Source: Candidatus Hadarchaeota archaeon (GTDB lineage Archaea; CAYQAE01; CAYVLA01). From it: a stretch of 42,986 nucleotides of DNA. Shown here piece after piece: positions 37,836 to 42,986 of this stretch. The position numbers were made by a program, and so were the translations under genes. The stretch spans positions 4,013 through 46,998 of the forward strand of contig CAZUNO010000022.1 in the NCBI GenBank assembly GCA_964621445.1. Reading direction: 5' to 3'. The notes beneath the pieces were generated by a model. That model saw nothing but the letters and a program-made list of their open reading frames with translations. It did not search any database and was not told the DNA's origin. How positions within the stretch are numbered: position 1 is the first letter of the stretch; the number at the start of each line of letters is the position of its first letter.

Positions 37836-38010
37836 GAGAGAGCCTAGGGCCGCACTCGAGGCATGCGGCCAACATGCCTCTACCGTACCCTTTGGCCCTG
37901 TTCCCAACGTCGGGCAGGGGCCGGGCAGTGGGCGGCCCTTGAAAAATGGCTCTCTCGCCCCACTCGGATGAACAGGCAACGCCTCTTAAGGGTTGCCCTG
38001 TGTTGAGTGG
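37836..38010. ncRNA. Candidate structured RNA or ssDNA element (multibranch fold plus long hairpin)
   Basis: GAGAGAGCC/GGCTCTCTC (37836-44/37948-56), AGGGCCGC/GCGGCCCT (37846-53/37932-39), GAGGCATG/CATGCCTC (37858-65/37873-80), GGCCCTG../..CAGGGGCC, then hairpin 37960-38010. Confidence 0.55.
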
Positions 38011-38069
38011 ACGTGTGGAATGTGGGGGGTGTCGCGGTTCTCGCGGATACATGAGGCCGAGGCGTCAAG

Positions 38070-38194
38070 ACGGATTCTAACTCACTAACTCATTGGCAAG
38101 ACGGGGTGCAGAATACCCTGAGTCGCCGGAAACTAACTCGTTAACTCATTGGCTCAATGGGGGGGTAGACCGGCAACTAACTCACTAACTCATC
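38070..38194. repeat. Three ~25-bp direct repeats, each containing a doubled CTAACTCA octamer (iteron-like)
   Basis: acggattctaactcactaactcatt (38070), ccggaaactaactcgttaactcatt (38126), ccggcaactaactcactaactcatc (38170); periods 56 and 44 bp. Confidence 0.9.
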
Positions 38195-38349
38195 GAGTCT
38201 TGAGGGGTATGGCTCCGGTGATTCATCTCGTGGAGCGCGGCCCGGATATCTTTGAGATCCCCGTTCATGGTGGCCTGGGTACGCTTCAACTTGGTCGCTG
38301 CGTGGACCAGGGCACCGACCTTGGCGTCGACCTCTGCGAGGTTAGCCAT
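38185..38349 (-). CDS. Small coiled-coil-like protein (54 aa), below the ORF-track cutoff
   Basis: MANLAEVDAKVGALVHAATKLKRTQATMNGDLKDIRAALHEMNHRSHTPQDSMS*; strong RBS AGGTGAGGTGGAGA; stop lies inside repeat 3. Confidence 0.6.
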   Translation of the reverse strand: MANLAEVDAKVGALVHAATKLKRTQATMNGDLKDIRAALHEMNHRSHTPQDSMS

Positions 38350-38528
38350 TTCTCCACCTCACCTGGTCAGAAGACACCGGGGCCGAACGACCCGGGCGTG
38401 TGGACACCCTCCTGTGTCGGGGGCTCCGCCTGGGATCTATCTCAGTCTCGGTGGCAGAAGTGCCTGTCTTTCGGCGGGTCTTGACATTGCGGATAATTCG
38501 GAGGGGTGAGGCGTGCCTTGCTGTGTCT

Positions 38529-39524
38529 CTAGGGGTTGGCTGTCTGTGTTATTGTTTCTAGCAAACGTTCTGTATCGGTTTCTGCGGTGTGGACCAAATG
38601 GTTATCTACGGCTATCTCATCGGTCCCTATCCAGGTTCTTCTGCTTTTCACTGATCTGCCTAGTACGTCGGCGATTCGAGCTAGTGTTTTCTCCATGGTT
38701 CTTTCTCTGTCGGTGTTAAGCATATATTTGGTTGTATTTGCTGTTGCCAGGGCATGAAGGTTCTGGGAAACCTCGTCTATCGTTGATGTGGTTTGTCTTT
38801 CAGTTGAGGCTAGGATGTTTAGTAGGGTTGCTGCTTGATCCAGGTGGGCTTGGAGTTCCGCTGCCAGTCTGGAACGGTCCTCTGGGGTTACCGTGGGCCC
38901 GAGATGATTGAGGGTTCTCGCGGTTTGGGAAGCCTGAAGAAGAGTAGCTCTGGTATCGTTGACTATGCGCATCCAGATGAGTACTTCTCTAGACTGTTCG
39001 ACATGCCACAGCGCGTATCCGGCTTCTCCGATAATCATGAGAGCGACTAGAGATATGAAGAGGTTGTTTCGTTTTCTTTTCGAGAAACTGTAGAGGCCCC
39101 ATATACACAGAGCGAGATAGACCAGGGCAAGTAGGGGGCTTGACATACCGGCGATGACTAGAAGCGCAGTAGCCAGGGTGAAGAAGAGCACGAGCTTTGT
39201 CCCGTAGCTCACCTTCTCAAACCTACCCTCCACCGGGCGCATAAGGGTCTGTGCGAGGCGGTACTCGTGGAGTCTGGACTCTATCATCCCCGTGGAGTGC
39301 TCGAGGTAGTTCAGAGCGTTGCTCACTGACTTGTTGTCAGAGTCAATTCTGTCAGCTATTGTGGCCGGGGATAGATACTCGGGATAGGTCTTCTCCAGAA
39401 GATCTAGCATATCCTTCCTATCCTTAAGCGAGAACACCCTTACAACGCTTGGGTCCAAGGAGAGCAGTAACCGGGCAACAGTCGGCCTATCTTCCCCAAG
39501 AGTGAATACTTCTTTTCTACTCAT
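38529..39524 (-). CDS. Membrane-bound winged-helix protein (wHTH + TM helices + helical C-domain)
   Basis: RKDMLDLL...LSPATIADRIDSDNKSVSNALNYLEHSTGMIE...EYRL wHTH pattern, about 3 hydrophobic segments, then heptad-like helices; start trimmed to ATG 39524. Confidence 0.72.
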   Translation of the reverse strand: MSRKEVFTLGEDRPTVARLLLSLDPSVVRVFSLKDRKDMLDLLEKTYPEYLSPATIADRIDSDNKSVSNALNYLEHSTGMIESRLHEYRLAQTLMRPVEGRFEKVSYGTKLVLFFTLATALLVIAGMSSPLLALVYLALCIWGLYSFSKRKRNNLFISLVALMIIGEAGYALWHVEQSREVLIWMRIVNDTRATLLQASQTARTLNHLGPTVTPEDRSRLAAELQAHLDQAATLLNILASTERQTTSTIDEVSQNLHALATANTTKYMLNTDRERTMEKTLARIADVLGRSVKSRRTWIGTDEIAVDNHLVHTAETDTERLLETITQTANP

Positions 39525-39701
39525 AATCACCACCCAACCTGACTGACACATTCATTCTCCACATTGGAAACGATCGGCTACAAGATCTAGGTTTCTAACC
39601 TGACTCCAGGCCCTGATTTCGCTCTTTGATTCCCGGATCTTGATTCCCAGTGCAACTAGTTACACCCTAGGAGGTTGGTATCAGTGACCCGTTACCGTGG
39701 A

Positions 39702-40967
39702 TCACTCGTAGGTTACTCCTTCGAGCTTCCTCTCCCGGTACTTCTTTGCTGTCAGTGGTTGAGTTGGCTCCTGGTTTGTAGCCGTTCTCACCCGCCACTG
39801 GTGGGGTGGGTCACCGTACTCGCCGGGAAGTCCGTCCGACGTGACATACAGCAGAACCACGTAGTCGCCTGTTCCCAAGAGAATGCCGTGTTTCTCGTGG
39901 CTATCCCTCTCCAGGAGCTTAGCCTCCCTGCTCCAGCAACTTTCATCGCCTATGCCCCTCCGGGAGAACCAGATATCCGCTGTCTGTATCTCCCACACAT
40001 AGGGCTCCCCGCCAGCGCCTCGCAGCGCGGTTTCGGTGACGATGGGGGAGTACCTGTTGCTCTGCCAGGTCATGTATATCTGGTCTCCGACCTGGCCTAT
40101 TTCCGGAAAAGCTCCTGATCCAATTATCTCTTTTTTCGACCAGTTAGAGCCGAGATCACTGGATTCCATGACCCAAACACTTTCTCCAACCCCCGATAAT
40201 TCTGTTCCTGCGACCATAAGATCACCCTCAGATGTCTGGAGAAAGGCCTGATAGTGAGGAGAGTCCTCCACCAGAGAGGGCTTGCTCCAAGTAAAGCCGC
40301 CGTCTCGGGTCCCGGAGCGCCAGATCCAGCCTTTCTGATAGTTCTTATTAGATAGCCAGTACACGTACACTGTTCCGTTGGACTCGGCGAAGCCCGGGTT
40401 CCAACAATCATATATTCTTCTCGACGCCCCCTCTAGATACCAGTTCTCGGTTCCGGTAACCGGCCTGAACTCTGACCACGGCGCCGATGGGTCCTCCTTG
40501 ACCGACACAAAGATCTGGTGGGGCAAAGCAACTCTACTCCTAGGCATTATCGACCAGGCTATCCACATCCTCCCGGACTCGTCCTCGAATATGTAGATGC
40601 CATCACCGGTCCCAACGGCATCTATACCTAGACCAAGTTTCTCGGGCTCCGACCATTCGGCATCCTCTCTCTCCCTGACAACTATCACCGGATTTCCCCC
40701 GCTCTCGTCGTTAAGCTCGGTCCAGACAACATAAAGCCTACCATCCCGAGTCATCGTGGCGGCTATATCCCCGAAACCGGGTGACCACGAGCCAGGATCA
40801 CCCACCGGCTTGGAGAGGAACGGGCCAAGAGACCACCCCTCCAACACCCTATACTCAGAAACCTCGCTCTGACCGCCACCAATCACGATCACCACAAGCG
40901 ACAGGCCAGCGATGACCACAATCGGCCAACCCTTCCTAAACAACGACACAGACACATCCAGACCCAT
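39702..40967 (-). CDS. Secreted BNR/Asp-box (sialidase-like beta-propeller) protein
   Basis: N-terminal hydrophobic segment; Asp-boxes TRDGGFTWS and SSDLGSNWS; repeated G.[ILMV][YW][VI].W strands; start trimmed to ATG 40967. Confidence 0.78.
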   Translation of the reverse strand: MGLDVSVSLFRKGWPIVVIAGLSLVVIVIGGGQSEVSEYRVLEGWSLGPFLSKPVGDPGSWSPGFGDIAATMTRDGRLYVVWTELNDESGGNPVIVVREREDAEWSEPEKLGLGIDAVGTGDGIYIFEDESGRMWIAWSIMPRSRVALPHQIFVSVKEDPSAPWSEFRPVTGTENWYLEGASRRIYDCWNPGFAESNGTVYVYWLSNKNYQKGWIWRSGTRDGGFTWSKPSLVEDSPHYQAFLQTSEGDLMVAGTELSGVGESVWVMESSDLGSNWSKKEIIGSGAFPEIGQVGDQIYMTWQSNRYSPIVTETALRGAGGEPYVWEIQTADIWFSRRGIGDESCWSREAKLLERDSHEKHGILLGTGDYVVLLYVTSDGLPGEYGDPPHQWRVRTATNQEPTQPLTAKKYRERKLEGVTYE

Positions 40968-41187
40968 ATCTAAACACCTCCACCAACCCAGGCAATAAAC
41001 AGATGTTTCAATTACATCAATAAGATATGCAATAAGCATGTATATTAACTTTTCCGTCCTGAATTTTTCTGAAAATTACACTACCAAACCCCATCCCCCA
41101 AATCACATCCCCTCTGTTTCGTCAGGCCTCTGATTTCTTGCCCTTTAACGTGGGTTCGACCTCTCAATTCGGAACAGTACGAAATGT

Positions 41188-41253
41188 GAACTCGCTAAAC
41201 ACGCGGGAAGAAAAACAGTGAAGGCTGAAGACATCAAACTCGCAGTACGCTAA
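41188..41253 (+). pseudogene. 3' fragment of an archaeal histone (HMf-type) gene
   Basis: Translates ELAKHAGRKTVKAEDIKLAVR*; in-frame stop at 41146-41148 and no start codon upstream, so helices 1-2 are missing. Confidence 0.88.
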
Positions 41254-41992
41254 CAACCCCACAACCAGAACCCTGGCTCTCCACCGGTGATTGAAGAGAA
41301 CCGTCAAAGCCAAAACAACCCGAGGAAAAGAGGTGCCTACGTTATCCACCACGGTAGGGTGCCGAGTTGAGTATATTGCCTGGTTCTTGGAGACTAGGGT
41401 CGGGTAGGCATACAGCCCGGTATACTAGACCAGTTGAGGTATTTCCATAACAGGAATCTCGGTATTATGTGTTTTTCGTCGTTGTGGATAACACGTCTGA
41501 TACTATTTGTATTATAGGAGAAACGTTTGGGTAACACCCGATTTCTACAAAACCACTATATTTTCGTAACAATGGGGATATTCATGGGATCTCAAGGAAC
41601 TCGCGGTCGGCTTCAAAATGGATCAGGAAGGGGAAGATAGGGGATTCTCCATCGGGGTTCTAAACCTCTCTACCTGTTCGCCTTGAGATCTCTTATCCGA
41701 TCTGCAGGGATAACACAAAGATCACGCTCGGGTCTCCCTGCCTTGTTAGGTGCGGAGGTAACCGCGCCGAGGTGCTTTGTGATGTCAGGAGATCGTGGGC
41801 TTCACCTTAATCTTCATGGAACGATAACAGGGAGAATCGAGATAGGGAAGTCTCAGAGATCTTGGGATCTGATTTCACCGCGAGCGACATCGATATAAGA
41901 TCTATAAGAGTCCGTCTAGTTCAAGCCACTGTGCTTACGAGCCTTCTCTGGGGATCTCAGCGCAGGCTCCTTCTGAACGGACTGGTATCTGA

Positions 41993-42986
41993 ATGAATCG
42001 TGTATTATGGCTAATGATCCTCGTCTTGATCCTCCCAATCGGGATGGGTTCAGAGCCTCGAGTCGATCCGGAGACCCACGTTATTCGTCTGCTCCACCTG
42101 GGTAAGGCATGGTATCGAGGGAGTGCACCCGGACCGATCTTTCTTCAAGACCCTAAGATCGACTGGTTGCCAGTTCCAGCTTGTCAGGCTCACGGTGATG
42201 ACATGAAAGCTCTGCGCATCTTCCTTCCAAGAACCAGGGAGGCCCTTTTCCAGGAGTTTGACGTAGTACTCATAGACGGCATGGATGCGTATGACCTTAA
42301 ACCAGAGTTCCAGCATTGGTTGGTTGAGGGTATGAAAACATTGGGCATTAACTTCGTCATGGCAGATGATTCATCCTCTTTTGCGACAAGTGGAAGCCAC
42401 ACATCGTGGTACGATGTGCTTATAGGCGATATTCTTCCCGTTGACGATAAACCACTTCAAGGCTCTCCTTATGACGAACAGGAATCCTTTCACATCGTGC
42501 CGCAGATTCCGGGCCATGAATTCACACGAAGCATTCCCTGGGAGGATGTATGGATGTACGCTGCTAATCGTCCTTGGCCGAAAGTGGGGTCCACCATCGT
42601 GACGAGGATGTCTGGGGAACACTCCGTCAACAAGAACAAGGTTCAGATGGTCTACTGGGATCTGCTCCCGGCTGGAGGGAGGTCGGTAGCATGGATACAT
42701 CGTTGGGTGGGTTCAGGCGAGTTCTGGAGATGGAAGTACCATCCCGATGTTACGGCACACGTGATATACTTCACGGCAAAGGTTCCAATCCCCGAAGATA
42801 TATCGCTGCCAACCCCGCAGGAGATCAGGTCGCTCCGGTGGAAATCGACCCCCGTGATAAGAACTCTCAGCCATCAGACCCATCCCGAAGCTGTATTTCC
42901 CGCAACCCAGACCCGGCCTCGAGCACTGAGCCCGGGGCTGATCGTCAGCTCCAGCTCTCCGCGAACAGTTATCCCAAGTCTTACCT
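41993..42986 (+). CDS. Secreted hypothetical protein, partial (runs off window); possible class I glutamine-amidotransferase-like fold
   Basis: Not in the ORF track. MNRVLWLMILVLILPIGMGSEPRVDPET... signal peptide; FDVVLID, SWYDVLIGDILPV; open to the window end. Confidence 0.7.
   Translation, partial: MNRVLWLMILVLILPIGMGSEPRVDPETHVIRLLHLGKAWYRGSAPGPIFLQDPKIDWLPVPACQAHGDDMKALRIFLPRTREALFQEFDVVLIDGMDAYDLKPEFQHWLVEGMKTLGINFVMADDSSSFATSGSHTSWYDVLIGDILPVDDKPLQGSPYDEQESFHIVPQIPGHEFTRSIPWEDVWMYAANRPWPKVGSTIVTRMSGEHSVNKNKVQMVYWDLLPAGGRSVAWIHRWVGSGEFWRWKYHPDVTAHVIYFTAKVPIPEDISLPTPQEIRSLRWKSTPVIRTLSHQTHPEAVFPATQTRPRALSPGLIVSSSSPRTVIPSLT

Noticed and set aside
38070-38194. CRISPR or TIGR-like guide array
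   Set aside because: Only three units, unequal gaps (31 and 19 nt), internally tandem repeat, no GAAA(G/C) end or C/D-box pattern, and no cas or Nop-domain gene in the window.
41150-41166. GTGGGTTCGACCTCTCA as another tRNA T-arm remnant
   Set aside because: Stem pairing is poor and no acceptor strand follows.
41572-41898. Short ORFs between the histone fragment and the last gene
   Set aside because: No motifs or coherent composition; treated as non-coding or decayed DNA.
34040-42986. Integron cassette array or intact IS/provirus
   Set aside because: No attC sites with RYYYAAC...GTTRRRY symmetry, and no integrase, transposase, capsid or Rep motif recognised.
42810-42986. Possible frameshift or junction in the last ORF (sequence turns S/P/T/R-rich)
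   Set aside because: The frame stays open to the window end; it cannot be judged without homolog alignment.

Overview
Archaeal chromosomal window, as shown by the gatD/gatE pair, a Sec11-type signal peptidase and an archaeal histone fragment. Bases ~1-34040 are GC-rich core or metabolic DNA: many carbohydrate enzymes (GH2, GH36-like, GH29, two large unassigned GH-like proteins, SGNH esterase, two Gfo/Idh/MocA oxidoreductases, a DHDPS-family aldolase, a TIM-barrel isomerase), gatDE, an ATP-grasp/PIG-L/M42 block, an orphan corrinoid protein and a glycogen cluster whose phosphorylase carries an N-terminal YHS/TRASH-like domain. Bases ~34040-42986 are a mosaic accessory region with no recognisable integrase or transposase. 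It holds a frameshifted membrane gene, an AT-rich AhpD-like gene behind a bacterial-style sigma70 promoter, several tRNA 3' remnants, isolated 3' fragments of a PCNA and a histone gene, and secreted or membrane cargo genes. The best candidate for an undescribed system is a ~1.1 kb module (37410-38485) in which three tiny minus-strand ORFs alternate with extensively base-paired non-coding blocks and a three-unit iteron-like repeat array. All calls come from reading motifs by eye; no searches or folding programs were run.
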